DNA of 32,000 nucleotides from Rubeoparvulum massiliense (lineage in GTDB: Bacteria; Bacillota; Bacilli; Rubeoparvulales; Rubeoparvulaceae), in the NCBI RefSeq assembly GCF_001049895.1, contig NZ_CVPE01000006.1:672503-704502 (forward strand). Reading direction: 5' to 3'. Every line of letters begins with the position of its first letter. Positions within the stretch are counted from its first letter, which is position 1. Of the stretch, positions 1 through 8,830 are shown piece by piece. The notes under the pieces are model-generated. The model was not told where the DNA came from, ran no database searches, and worked only from the letters and a program-made list of their open reading frames with translations. Made by a program: the position numbers and the translations under genes.

Positions 1-198
1 CTCTGTATTCACGGTATGGCGGATATAGCAGATATTCATCATCGTCTCGATTCGATTACGAATCTGATTAATCGCTTTTGTCACTGCCAATTGTTCCTCT
101 GCGGTAGTGGCAGCCTGAAACTTGGCAAATGCTGCATTGAACTGTTGCTCCAATTCCGCTAGTTGCGGACGTTCATATGTAAACTGGGCAAACTTCAT
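1..198 (-). CDS. M3B oligoendopeptidase F-family peptidase, N-terminal fragment (gene continues past the window start)
   Basis: I translated the reverse strand from the ATG at the complement of 196-198: MKFAQFTYERPQLAELEQQFNAAFAKFQAATTAEEQLAVTKAINQIRNRIETMMNICYIRHTVNTE. It is colinear with, and clearly homologous to, the N-terminus of the 679..2379 ORF (..MKFSEFTYERLQFEE...INTIRNRVETMMSICHIRHTIDT). It is open at the window edge and absent from the supplied track. Confidence 0.7.
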   Translation of the reverse strand, partial: MKFAQFTYERPQLAELEQQFNAAFAKFQAATTAEEQLAVTKAINQIRNRIETMMNICYIRHTVNTE

Positions 199-678
199 TC
201 CATTCACATCCTTCATGTATATGTCATTCAAAGCTTATCATCTATCATAATCCTTATTGTGAAGAGGAACAAGAAAGGACGAGCGGAATCAGAACAGATT
301 TATCACTTTCTTACAGTAAGTAGGTAGGACAGATTGGCAATTAACAAGATGACACACATGAGCGTAATTGAAAATAGCTACGAATCTCCCGTTGAATGTG
401 AGTAAAAAACTGCTGCGATTATGGAATAGATAAGGAACGAGTTAAACACATAATAGGCTTTTTGCAGTCCTTGGAATGTAATATGCTTTTCCCCTTCATC
501 AATTGCCTCCGCCAATCCATCTCGGTACGAAATGTCAAGCATCTTCGGTAAATAGCGATTCGATCCACTTCTTCACCTCTAACTGACTTCATGGACATTT
601 ATATTAGAATTATCGTTTAATTAGAGGATTATCGATGCATTCGCCGAATAGAAAAAGATAATAAATGGAAAGGAAGAG

Positions 679-2379
679 ATGAGCATGAAGTTTTCGGAGT
701 TTACATATGAGCGCCTCCAGTTTGAGGAGGTGGCACAAAACTTTCAAGAAGAATTAGAGCGTCTTCGTCAAGCATCATCTGTGGAAGAGCAATTGCTTGT
801 CATCAAGGAGATCAATACCATTCGTAATCGTGTAGAGACGATGATGAGTATCTGTCACATTCGCCATACCATCGACACAAGAGAGTCATTCTATAAGGAA
901 GAGCGAGATTATTGGAATCATGCCCAGCCAAAAATGGAAAGCTTCATCTCTGACTATTACCAAGCCCTCCTTCAGTCTCCTTATCGGTCGGAGCTTGAGG
1001 TCGCACTAGGTAAACAGCTCTTTGCTTTAGCAGAATTAAAATTAAAGACTTTTTCACCTGAAGTGATCGAAGACTTACAGCTGGAGAATAAACTGACCTC
1101 CCAATATACAGAATTGATCGCGTCTGCAAAGATTCCCTTCCAAGGCGAAGAACGGACCTTGGCTCAATTGGGTCCTTTCCTGGAAAACCCTGAGCGACAG
1201 ATCCGCCGTAAAGCCAATGAAGCCTATGCTGGGTTCTTACAGGAACATGGCGCTGAGCTGGATGAAATCTACGATCAGTTGGTGAAACTACGTACCAAAA
1301 TCGCCAAAAAGCTAGGATTCTCCTCGTTTGTTGAATTAGGCTATGCCCGCATGAGTCGCGTCGACTATGACAAGGAGATGGTGGAGAATTACCGTCAGCA
1401 GATTCGCCAATACCTTGTCCCCCTTGTCACCTCCCTTCGTGAACAGCAAGCAAAGCGAATCGGCGTCGATCCACTAAAATTTTATGATGAATCATTCCGT
1501 TTTGCCACCGGCAATCCGACGCCCAAGGGTGACCCCAACTGGATTGTGAAGAATGGCGCTCAGATGTATGGAGAGATGTCCCCTGAAACCAATGAGTTCT
1601 TTCAATTTATGCTAAAACATGAGCTACTTGACCTTGTAGCAAAGCCAGGCAAAGCAGCAGGGGGCTACTGTACAAGTATCAACGATTATAAGGCACCATT
1701 TATCTTTTCCAACTTTAATGGTACCTCCGGCGATATCGATGTGCTTACCCATGAAGCAGGCCATGCCTTCCAAGCCTATATGAGCCGTGATTATGAGATT
1801 CCAGAATATCTCTTTCCTACCTATGAATCCTGTGAGATTCATTCCATGAGTATGGAGTTCTTCGCGTGGCCATGGATGGAGCTCTTCTTTAAAGAAGATA
1901 CAGAGAAGTACTACTACTCTCACCTAACCAGCGCCCTCATCTTCTTACCCTATGGTGTGGCAGTGGATCATTTTCAACATTGGGTCTATGAGCATCCAGA
2001 GGCGACACCGGCTGAGCGTCATGAAGCATGGAAGTCCATGGAGCAGATGTATCTACCCCATCGAGATTATGATGGCATCCCTTATTTTGAGAAGGGAGGC
2101 TTCTGGCAGCGTCAAGCTCATATCTACCGTACACCGTTTTATTACATCGATTACACATTGGCACAGGTATGTGCATTGGAATTTTGGCAGCGTACTCAAG
2201 AGGATCGGGAAGCCGCTTGGACGGATTATGTGGATCTCTGTAAGCAAGGTGGGACGAAACCCTTCCTTGAGTTGGTGAAAGTAGCTGGCCTTCGCTCACC
2301 ATTTGCTGATGGTACCATCGAATCGACACTGAAACCAATTCAGACTTGGTTGGAGCAGATCGATGATCAACAATTCTAA
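679..2379 (+). CDS. pepF: Oligoendopeptidase F-family zinc metallopeptidase (M3B)
   Basis: 566-aa ORF with the HEXXH zinc motif (LTHEAGHAFQ) and the length and layout of M3B PepF-type peptidases. A purine-rich SD (ggaaaggaag) lies upstream. ATG 685 (MKFSEF...) is an alternative start that matches the paralog's N-terminus. Confidence 0.9.
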   Translation: MSMKFSEFTYERLQFEEVAQNFQEELERLRQASSVEEQLLVIKEINTIRNRVETMMSICHIRHTIDTRESFYKEERDYWNHAQPKMESFISDYYQALLQSPYRSELEVALGKQLFALAELKLKTFSPEVIEDLQLENKLTSQYTELIASAKIPFQGEERTLAQLGPFLENPERQIRRKANEAYAGFLQEHGAELDEIYDQLVKLRTKIAKKLGFSSFVELGYARMSRVDYDKEMVENYRQQIRQYLVPLVTSLREQQAKRIGVDPLKFYDESFRFATGNPTPKGDPNWIVKNGAQMYGEMSPETNEFFQFMLKHELLDLVAKPGKAAGGYCTSINDYKAPFIFSNFNGTSGDIDVLTHEAGHAFQAYMSRDYEIPEYLFPTYESCEIHSMSMEFFAWPWMELFFKEDTEKYYYSHLTSALIFLPYGVAVDHFQHWVYEHPEATPAERHEAWKSMEQMYLPHRDYDGIPYFEKGGFWQRQAHIYRTPFYYIDYTLAQVCALEFWQRTQEDREAAWTDYVDLCKQGGTKPFLELVKVAGLRSPFADGTIESTLKPIQTWLEQIDDQQF

Positions 2380-2438
2380 GCTGAACTGCTTAGCTTGGTA
2401 ACACCACAACAAGCATTTAGCTACACATATAAATAGTA

Positions 2439-2475
2439 GCAACCCCGATTCAATTAGGATATGAATCGGGGTTGC
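2439..2475. terminator. GC-rich hairpin between convergent pepF and efp
   Basis: GCAACCCCGATTC (2439-2451) and GAATCGGGGTTGC (2463-2475) are perfect 13-bp inverted repeats with an 11-nt loop. The hairpin sits in the convergent intergenic gap. Confidence 0.6.
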
Positions 2476-2484
2476 CTGATCAGC

Positions 2485-2518
2485 AAAGGGCTGTGCAATT
2501 TCAACGCCACAGCCCTTT
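2485..2518. terminator. Second hairpin in the pepF/efp convergent gap
   Basis: AAAGGGCTGTG (2485-2495) pairs with CACAGCCCTTT (2508-2518). It is followed by gcttttg on the + strand and lies 40 nt downstream of the efp stop on the - strand. Confidence 0.5.
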
Positions 2519-2559
2519 GCTTTTGATCCCTATGTTTTTCAGCAATGCTACGGATATTA

Positions 2560-3123
2560 CTATTTGTTTGCACGGGAGACATATTCGCCTGTACGAGTAT
2601 CAATAAGGAGAATATCACCGACGTTAACAAAGAAGGGAACTTGAAGTTTATAACCTGTATCAGTCGTTGCTGGTTTTGAACCACCAGTAGCGGTATCACC
2701 TTTAATACCAGGTTCTGTCTCAACCACTTCCAACTCGACGGTGTTTGGTAATTCGATTCCGAGCATTTCACCCTTATAGGTCATTACCTTCACTTCCATA
2801 TTCTCCTTGAGGAAGTTCAATTCTTCTTCGATTTGAGCACGATTTAATTCAATCTGCTCATAGCTCTCCATATTCATAAAGGTGAATACATCACCGGCAC
2901 TGTATAAGTATTGATACTTATACGTCTCAACTGTAGCTTGCTCCAATTTTTCACCCGCACGGAAGGTTTTCTCTTGTAATTGCCCCGTCTTTAAATTGCG
3001 TAGCTTGGAACGAACAAAAGCAGCACCTTTCCCTGGTTTTACGTGTTGAAATTCGACGACCTGCCATGGCATGCCATCCATTTCAATCGTTAATCCTGTA
3101 CGAAAATCATTAGAAGTAATCAT
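2560..3123 (-). CDS. efp: Translation elongation factor P
   Basis: 187 aa. The N-terminus [47 protein letters not shown] is the canonical EF-P signature, including the KPGKG loop. It follows the M24 peptidase gene as in the B. subtilis yqhT-efp arrangement. Confidence 0.97.
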   Translation of the reverse strand: MITSNDFRTGLTIEMDGMPWQVVEFQHVKPGKGAAFVRSKLRNLKTGQLQEKTFRAGEKLEQATVETYKYQYLYSAGDVFTFMNMESYEQIELNRAQIEEELNFLKENMEVKVMTYKGEMLGIELPNTVELEVVETEPGIKGDTATGGSKPATTDTGYKLQVPFFVNVGDILLIDTRTGEYVSRANK

Positions 3124-3172
3124 ACCGTTCCTCCTGTCTGATCAAGTTCCATCTTTTAATATACCCTGTTTT

Positions 3173-4243
3173 TTAATCGAGGACAATCAATTCCTTGGGA
3201 GAATGAACAATGATCTCGTTCCCGTCCTTTGTAATCACAATATCATCTTCGATCCGTACACCGCCAACACCTGGAACATAGATCCCTGGTTCGACGGTTA
3301 CCACCATGCCAGGTTGAAGCTCAACTTCGGAGCGGAAGGATAACCCGGGACCTTCATGGACCTCAAGACCAATGGCATGCCCTGTACTATGACCAAAGTA
3401 TTCACCATAGCCTGCTTCATCAATGATCGTTCGGCAGATGGCGTCTGCTTCTTTCCCGGTCATGCCCGCCCGAATCTGCTCGACCCCTGCTAATTGTGCT
3501 TGACGAACAATTTCATAGATCTTACGTAATTCTTCCCCAGGCTCGCCGATGGCGAAGGTACGGGTCACATCAGAGATATATCCCTCATAAATGGCACCAA
3601 AATCGATGGTGATCATATCCCCTTTTTCGATAACCTTCTTGGATGCCACACCATGTGGTAAAGCAGAGCGCAGACCAGAAGCGACAATGGTGTCAAATGA
3701 AGCACCAGAGGCTCCCAACTTCCGCATGGTAAATTCCAATTCATTCTTCACTTCAATCTCCGTCATGCCAGGCTTAATCCATGTTAGCAGATGGGCGAAT
3801 GCATCGTCGGCGATTTTGGCAGCATGACGGATCAGTTGAAGCTCCTCTTCATCCTTAAACATCCGTAGCTCTTCCACCAGGTTGCTGGTGGGAGTTAAGG
3901 TAAAGCCAGCCAGTTTTTCAACGAGGGTTTGGTACTCCCCATAGGTGACATGGTTCTGCTCGAAGCCCACATTGACTGCTTGATTCTTTTTAAGAACCTC
4001 TGCGACAGTTTCGAAAACTTTTCCTTCATGATTGACGATGGAAAATCCCTGACATTGTTGCTTCGCTTGTTCCACATAGCGGAAGTCAGTTATGAAGACA
4101 GCATCCTGCTTCGTAATGACCACATAACCCGCTGTTCCTGTGAAATAGGAGAGATAACGGCGGTTATATGGACTATAAGCCAATAATGCATCTAGATTGT
4201 GTTTATCTAGAACCTTGCGTAATTTTACAACACGTTGATTCAA
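3173..4243 (-). CDS. Xaa-Pro aminopeptidase / M24B family peptidase (YqhT/PapA-like)
   Basis: 356 aa with the M24 pita-bread fold metal-ligand motifs (DFGAIYEGYISDVTRT, HSTGHAIGLEVHE, TVEPGIY, RIED). It lies between aroQ and efp, as yqhT does in B. subtilis. Confidence 0.9.
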   Translation of the reverse strand: MNQRVVKLRKVLDKHNLDALLAYSPYNRRYLSYFTGTAGYVVITKQDAVFITDFRYVEQAKQQCQGFSIVNHEGKVFETVAEVLKKNQAVNVGFEQNHVTYGEYQTLVEKLAGFTLTPTSNLVEELRMFKDEEELQLIRHAAKIADDAFAHLLTWIKPGMTEIEVKNELEFTMRKLGASGASFDTIVASGLRSALPHGVASKKVIEKGDMITIDFGAIYEGYISDVTRTFAIGEPGEELRKIYEIVRQAQLAGVEQIRAGMTGKEADAICRTIIDEAGYGEYFGHSTGHAIGLEVHEGPGLSFRSEVELQPGMVVTVEPGIYVPGVGGVRIEDDIVITKDGNEIIVHSPKELIVLD

Positions 4244-4273
4244 GCTCTTCCACTCCTCTCAATTCTTCCTGCT

Positions 4274-4714
4274 CTATCTTTGCGTACGGAGGTGATGTAG
4301 CAATGCTAAGAGGGCTAATTCATAGCCATACCAACCCATTCCACTAATCTGTCCTATCACCACAGGCGCAATCACCGACTGATGACGGAATGATTCCCGT
4401 TGATAAATATTACTGATATGTACTTCTACGGTAGGGGTATTGATACTGGCTAGTGCATCACGAATGGCATAATTATAGTGTGTCCATGCTCCTGGATTAA
4501 TAATTATTCCGTCTGCTTCCTCATGAGCATGATGAATCATCTCGATCATTTCACCCTCATGGTTGGTCTGAAATGGGATAATCTCCACATCATGTTGGAT
4601 TCCTACATGGAGCATATGCTGGTTGATCTCATCCAGCGTTATGCTCCCATACACCTCTGGTTCTCGTATGCTAAGTAGGTTGAGATTAGGACCATGTAAT
4701 AGGAATAGTTTCAT
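4274..4714 (-). CDS. aroQ: Type II 3-dehydroquinate dehydratase
   Basis: 146 aa. MKLFLLHGPNLNLLSIREPEVYGS...INPGAWTHYNYAIRDAL...EVHISNIYQRESFRH matches the conserved AroQ motifs (HGPNLN, NPGA.TH, HISN...RE.FR). Confidence 0.93.
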   Translation of the reverse strand: MKLFLLHGPNLNLLSIREPEVYGSITLDEINQHMLHVGIQHDVEIIPFQTNHEGEMIEMIHHAHEEADGIIINPGAWTHYNYAIRDALASINTPTVEVHISNIYQRESFRHQSVIAPVVIGQISGMGWYGYELALLALLHHLRTQR

Positions 4715-4791
4715 AGCATCACATCCTCCCTATATGGAATGTATTGTATCATATTTACTGTTGGAAATAACAGAGTTCCTGAAGATGAAGA

Positions 4792-4817
4792 AAGACCAAA
4801 GTAGCCACCTTGGTCTT
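4792..4817 (-). terminator. Hairpin downstream of the cytochrome c gene
   Basis: AAGACCAA (4792-4799) pairs with TTGGTCTT (4810-4817), about 20 nt after the stop at 4837. On the - strand it is followed by tcttcatcttc. Confidence 0.45.
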
Positions 4818-4836
4818 CGTTCTATGCAATATATTT

Positions 4837-5190
4837 TTACTTTTGCTCTGCGAGCCATGCAGCCATTGCTTGTAGCTCTTCATCAGTGAAATTACCTTTT
4901 TGAGCAGGCATCGCACCACGACCATCACGAATGACTTGGTAAATTTCATCTTGAGAGAGACGAGAGCCTACATCATTCAAGGCTGGCATAGCACCTTGAC
5001 CTTCTAAGTTACCACCGTGACAACCAAGGCAAGAACTGCCTTTTACCAATTTTTCACCATCGAGTGCTGTTGCAGGAGCTGAAGTCTCAGTTTGTGGAGC
5101 ATCTGTTGCTTTATCTCCGCCAGAGGAACAGGCTGATAACAGTCCGATGGAAAGAATGAGGGCAAAACAGGTAAGCAATACTTTTTTCAT
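4837..5190 (-). CDS. Membrane-anchored (lipoprotein) c-type cytochrome, c551/CccB-like
   Basis: Single CXXCH haem site (CLGCHGG). The signal peptide has a lipobox (MKKVLLTCFALILSIGLLSAC). I prefer the start at MKK (ATG 5190), preceded by GGAGGTG, over the track start at 5208. Confidence 0.85.
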   Translation of the reverse strand: MKKVLLTCFALILSIGLLSACSSGGDKATDAPQTETSAPATALDGEKLVKGSSCLGCHGGNLEGQGAMPALNDVGSRLSQDEIYQVIRDGRGAMPAQKGNFTDEELQAMAAWLAEQK

Positions 5191-5358
5191 CTTGTCACCT
5201 CCTTCCACTCACCTGTATATCTTATCAGGATTTACCTTCACAAAAAAGACATAAAGGCTTGTGTTCACAGGTTTGTCACACATTCATTCACCCCTACATA
5301 CCCTGTACCATACATGAAGTACTAGGGGAGGTAGGCGCTTATCGAACAACTGCCTTCA

Positions 5359-6462
5359 TTGCTTTGTCGTATTGGACAAAAGAATTTTGCAACACAGAGT
5401 ACACGAATTATTCTCCATGTTCCACAGCGCTCCCTTTATCAGGAATGCTGTCATGCACTACAAACTGCGCGAATCGGCTATAAGCCTTATTTCTATTTCA
5501 ATATGATCCTCCTACCTGTGAAGGAAGAGAGTCTCTTACGTCTGATTCGCAAGCATGCAGAGGTTGGCGTGGTGGAGCTCGACCAGCCTGTTCATCATGC
5601 ACCGATCCGGTCAGGAGGCGCGCAAAATCAAGACCCCCTATGGAATCTGAAAGCCATCGATGCCCTCTCATTACCTATCAATCAATTACCTTATCGCCCC
5701 AAAATCGGCGTCATCGATACGGGTATCAGCTCACATCGAGATTTAACCGTCCTACGCAAATGGGGACGAAATTTTGTCACTCCCCATGGAAGAACCTATG
5801 ATGATAATGGTCATGGCACCCATGTAGCAGGTATCATTGCAGCAAAGCGTGGTCCTCGCGATAGCTTTGGTGTTGCCCGTGGCTTTCCCCTCATCCCCTT
5901 GAAGGCATTTAATGATCAAGGCATGGCTTTTACCTCAGACATTATTGCAAGCATTGAATATGCCATTCGTCATCGTATTAAGATCCTAAACATGAGCTTT
6001 GGTTTTGAACGGACACAGGCTTCCATGCATCAAGCCATCCGTGCTGCTTATCAAAATGGGATGATCATGGTAACCGCTGCTGGTAACACAGGGCGACAAG
6101 GAGTGGATTATCCTGCCCGTTACCCAGAGACCATCACCGTAACCTCCATGAATCAACAGCATACCATCTCAACCTTCTCAAGCTTTGGCGGACAGGTAGA
6201 TCTTGCTGCTCCTGGAGAAGGAATTATCTCCACCTGGCGTCATCATCGCTATCAAACGCTGAGCGGTACCTCCATGGCGGCTGCCCATGTGTCAGGTGTA
6301 ATCGCTCTACTCTGTGCTCGCTATCCCAAGCTAACCTCACAGGAAGCGCTGCATATTTTAAAACGAACAGCCCATCCTCTCCCCCACATGAGCCACCTAC
6401 GACAGGGAGCAGGAGTCGTTCAAGCGAAAAGTGCTCTTCAATATTTAGAACAGATCCTTTAA
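5359..6462 (+). CDS. S8 subtilisin-family serine peptidase with I9-like propeptide and no signal peptide (AprX-like)
   Basis: Catalytic triad motifs are present: IGVIDTGI (Asp), HGTHVAG (His), GTSMAAAHVSG (Ser). The upstream part (RIILHV...LLPVKEESLLRLIRKHAEVGVVELDQPV) reads like an I9 inhibitor propeptide. The start is uncertain; see the finding on the SD-positioned ATC at 5341. Confidence 0.85.
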   Translation: MLCRIGQKNFATQSTRIILHVPQRSLYQECCHALQTARIGYKPYFYFNMILLPVKEESLLRLIRKHAEVGVVELDQPVHHAPIRSGGAQNQDPLWNLKAIDALSLPINQLPYRPKIGVIDTGISSHRDLTVLRKWGRNFVTPHGRTYDDNGHGTHVAGIIAAKRGPRDSFGVARGFPLIPLKAFNDQGMAFTSDIIASIEYAIRHRIKILNMSFGFERTQASMHQAIRAAYQNGMIMVTAAGNTGRQGVDYPARYPETITVTSMNQQHTISTFSSFGGQVDLAAPGEGIISTWRHHRYQTLSGTSMAAAHVSGVIALLCARYPKLTSQEALHILKRTAHPLPHMSHLRQGAGVVQAKSALQYLEQIL

Positions 6463-6482
6463 AATCAAGCTATACATTGAAA

Positions 6483-6509
6483 AAACACTCTCATGGGTGT
6501 TTATTTTTC
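6483..6509 (+). terminator. Putative rho-independent terminator after the S8 peptidase gene
   Basis: AAACAC (6483-6488) pairs with GTGTTT (6497-6502), followed by atttttc. Confidence 0.45.
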
Positions 6510-6557
6510 TATTGATATAGTAAAATATAGTTAAAGTAAAAAGGTTGGTGATATCGT

Positions 6558-7496
6558 TTGGCCAAGCAACCAGTAGCGTATGGAGGACAGGCCGTCATCG
6601 AAGGCGTGATGTTTGGTGGAAAGCATTCTACAGTAACAGCCATTCGCCGAAAGGATCGGTCCATCGAATATTTTTCATTACCTAAAAAAAGTTATAAAGG
6701 CTGGTATGCCAAAGCGCGAAAAATTCCATTCCTCCGAGGAATTTTTGGGATTATCGAAGCCAGTGCCAACGGCTCAAAGCATCTTAATTTTGCAGCAGAA
6801 CGCTATGACGTTGAGCCTGGTGAAGAGGAGTATACACCGCAGGAATCATCAAAACTGGTAGAAATCTTGGGAATTGCTGTGGTTGGGGTTCTTTCCTTCT
6901 TCTTTGGTAAGCTTTTATTTACTGTGGTTCCCGCTTTACTAGAGGAGTATCTCTTTCGTACCTTTCCCCTCAGCTTTGTCATTCATAATTTGATTGAGGG
7001 TGGTATCAAAATTATCCTGCTCCTGATCTATCTATTTGCCATCAGTCGTACACCCATTATAAAACGACTCTTTCAATATCATGGGGCTGAGCATAAGGTG
7101 ATCAATGCTTTTGAGGCAGGGAAGGATCTGACCGTAGCCAATGTCCAAGCAGCAAGTCGCCTTCACTACCGCTGTGGCAGTAGCTTCATCATTTTTAGTG
7201 TACTTGTGGGTGTAGCGATCTACTCCTTCTTTGAATGGGATAGTACTTGGGAACGGATCTGGATCCGCATCCTCTTGATTCCTGTAGTACTTGGTGTATC
7301 CTATGAGGTCTTACAATTAACCAATAAAGTGCGGGATATCCAAGGATTACAGTGGCTAGGATATCCTGGCCTCTGGCTCCAATATCTAACCACTAGTGAA
7401 CCTACCGATGACCAAGTAGAGGTATCTATCGCCTCATTCAACAAAATGAGACAAATGGAAATGGAGTATGATGCAGATAATACATTCGTTATCTGA
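6558..7496 (+). CDS. DUF1385 family membrane protein (YqhQ-like)
   Basis: 312 aa. The N-terminus AYGGQAVIEGVMFGG and the YHGAEHKVI motif are characteristic of DUF1385/YqhQ. TTG start with aaaggttggtga upstream. The position matches yqhQ synteny. Confidence 0.85.
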   Translation: MAKQPVAYGGQAVIEGVMFGGKHSTVTAIRRKDRSIEYFSLPKKSYKGWYAKARKIPFLRGIFGIIEASANGSKHLNFAAERYDVEPGEEEYTPQESSKLVEILGIAVVGVLSFFFGKLLFTVVPALLEEYLFRTFPLSFVIHNLIEGGIKIILLLIYLFAISRTPIIKRLFQYHGAEHKVINAFEAGKDLTVANVQAASRLHYRCGSSFIIFSVLVGVAIYSFFEWDSTWERIWIRILLIPVVLGVSYEVLQLTNKVRDIQGLQWLGYPGLWLQYLTTSEPTDDQVEVSIASFNKMRQMEMEYDADNTFVI

Positions 7497-7514
7497 GTAA
7501 AGGAGTTGGACAGT

Positions 7515-7820
7515 ATGGGTAAGAAAAATCAAGTTTTCTTGGCCATCCTTCTCATTCTCTCTGCTTTCGGACTGATTTGGACATTGATCTATGATGCAAA
7601 ATCTCTCCTTATCCAAATCACAGCCATCCTCACTGCCTTCGCCTTGCTCTATTTAATCTTTCGCAGTCAGAATAAGCGACCATTTCACAAAACTGACCCT
7701 TATAATGCTGCACTTCGGCGTCAACAGAAAAAAACGCATACTCACAAGGAGCATGTCGCAAGAAGCAGAAAAAGGACAAAAGAGTATCCCTTCAAAGTGA
7801 TTGATGGAAACAAAAAATAA
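7515..7820 (+). CDS. Small membrane protein (positional equivalent of yqhP)
   Basis: Two predicted TM helices (VFLAILLILSAFGLIWTLIY; IQITAILTAFALLYLIF) followed by a basic tail. I prefer ATG 7515 (AAGGAG at 7500-7505, 9-nt spacing) to the track TTG 7506. Confidence 0.6.
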   Translation: MGKKNQVFLAILLILSAFGLIWTLIYDAKSLLIQITAILTAFALLYLIFRSQNKRPFHKTDPYNAALRRQQKKTHTHKEHVARSRKRTKEYPFKVIDGNKK

Positions 7821-7848
7821 CGCAGAGGTGAATATTCATCTCTGCGTT
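7819..7848. terminator. Bidirectional hairpin between convergent genes
   Basis: AACGCAGAG (7819-7827) pairs with CTCTGCGTT (7840-7848), followed by tc ttat. It lies between the 7820 stop (+) and the 7851 stop (-). Confidence 0.6.
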
Positions 7849-7850
7849 TC

Positions 7851-8777
7851 TTATACTGGACGGTAGCGCTCTTCCTGCCGCGCTTGGTAAACTGGAAAAG
7901 ACCAGTCGAACAAAAATCGTTCCGCTGCTTCCCTCCCCTGTTCAATCAGCCAATGCTGCTCCTCCTCACTCAAGCTAAACTGTGTTGCACGAATCGAACC
8001 TGTAGGAATAAAGATGGTCCGCAACGCATCCATGGACTGTACATACCGTTCATCATGTGCATCACGCATGGTGGCGAGAATTGCCTTCATGTAGGAGAAG
8101 AAGTGGGTAATACGCATGGTGGAATTGGGCGCTGATCCCTTCGTGGCAACACGAAAGCCAAAGGTTGGCCAACGAGGCTTCGTAGGCTGATCAAATAACC
8201 AAACGGGGTAGTTGCTGGTCACTCCTCCATCTACCAGCCAATTTACCTGACCTTCTAGTTTTAGTGGTACAGGCTCAAAGAAAAAGGGAAGGGCGCAGCT
8301 AATGCGAATGGCAAAGGCTACAGAGATCTCTCCTGGTTCCTTCCCTATTTTGAGCAGATCATCTGGCCAGACCATCATTTGCTGAGTAGAAATATTGGAG
8401 ATGATCACCTTCAATCGATCAGGTGGTAGATCGGCAAATGTCTGGATTCCCTTGTGCATTAGATGCTGATTAAGCCAATTCTCTAAGCCAGTTCCCTTAT
8501 AGATACCCTTCTTGACCAACAGACGAAGATTCTTACCGAGATAGGGTACATAATGAATCCATTCCTTTTTAAGCAGCTGTGGTAACTGTAATTGGCTCAT
8601 AATCTTTTCTAGTTCTTTCCCGTTATACCCTGCTGCTAACATGCCTGCCACAATGGACCCTGAACTGGTTCCAGCCAAACGATGCCAATGAAAGCCTGCA
8701 TGCTCTAGCATTTGTACTGCACCTACAAATGCGATTCCCCGTACACCTCCCCCTTCAAAGACAGCATCCACCTTCAA
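7851..8777 (-). CDS. Patatin-like phospholipase (YqhO-like)
   Basis: 308 aa with the oxyanion motif GGGVRG, the nucleophile elbow GTSSGS (GxSxG) and a DGG Asp motif (LVDGGV). TTG start with GGAGGGGG upstream. Confidence 0.9.
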   Translation of the reverse strand: MKVDAVFEGGGVRGIAFVGAVQMLEHAGFHWHRLAGTSSGSIVAGMLAAGYNGKELEKIMSQLQLPQLLKKEWIHYVPYLGKNLRLLVKKGIYKGTGLENWLNQHLMHKGIQTFADLPPDRLKVIISNISTQQMMVWPDDLLKIGKEPGEISVAFAIRISCALPFFFEPVPLKLEGQVNWLVDGGVTSNYPVWLFDQPTKPRWPTFGFRVATKGSAPNSTMRITHFFSYMKAILATMRDAHDERYVQSMDALRTIFIPTGSIRATQFSLSEEEQHWLIEQGREAAERFLFDWSFPVYQARQEERYRPV

Positions 8778-8830
8778 TGGTACGCCCCCTCCCCTACGCC
8801 TTACTACTATTTATGTAGGTGGAGGTAAGT

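Noticed and set aside
419-598. 59-aa basic ORF on the - strand in the pepF/pepF' intergenic region.
   Set aside because: It has no SD upstream of either ATG, its composition is unremarkable, and no motif is recognisable. It is probably a chance ORF in the promoter region.
944-2338. Several antisense or alternative-frame ORFs inside pepF. Similar ones lie inside the M24 peptidase, nrdJ, mrfA, the metal ABC genes and others.
   Set aside because: All are fully nested in longer ORFs with clear family signatures. They lack SDs and have shadow-frame compositions.
5259-5483. 74-aa + strand ORF upstream of and overlapping the S8 protease.
   Set aside because: It is out of frame with the protease propeptide region, which reads as a genuine I9-like domain. 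It has no SD and no recognisable features.
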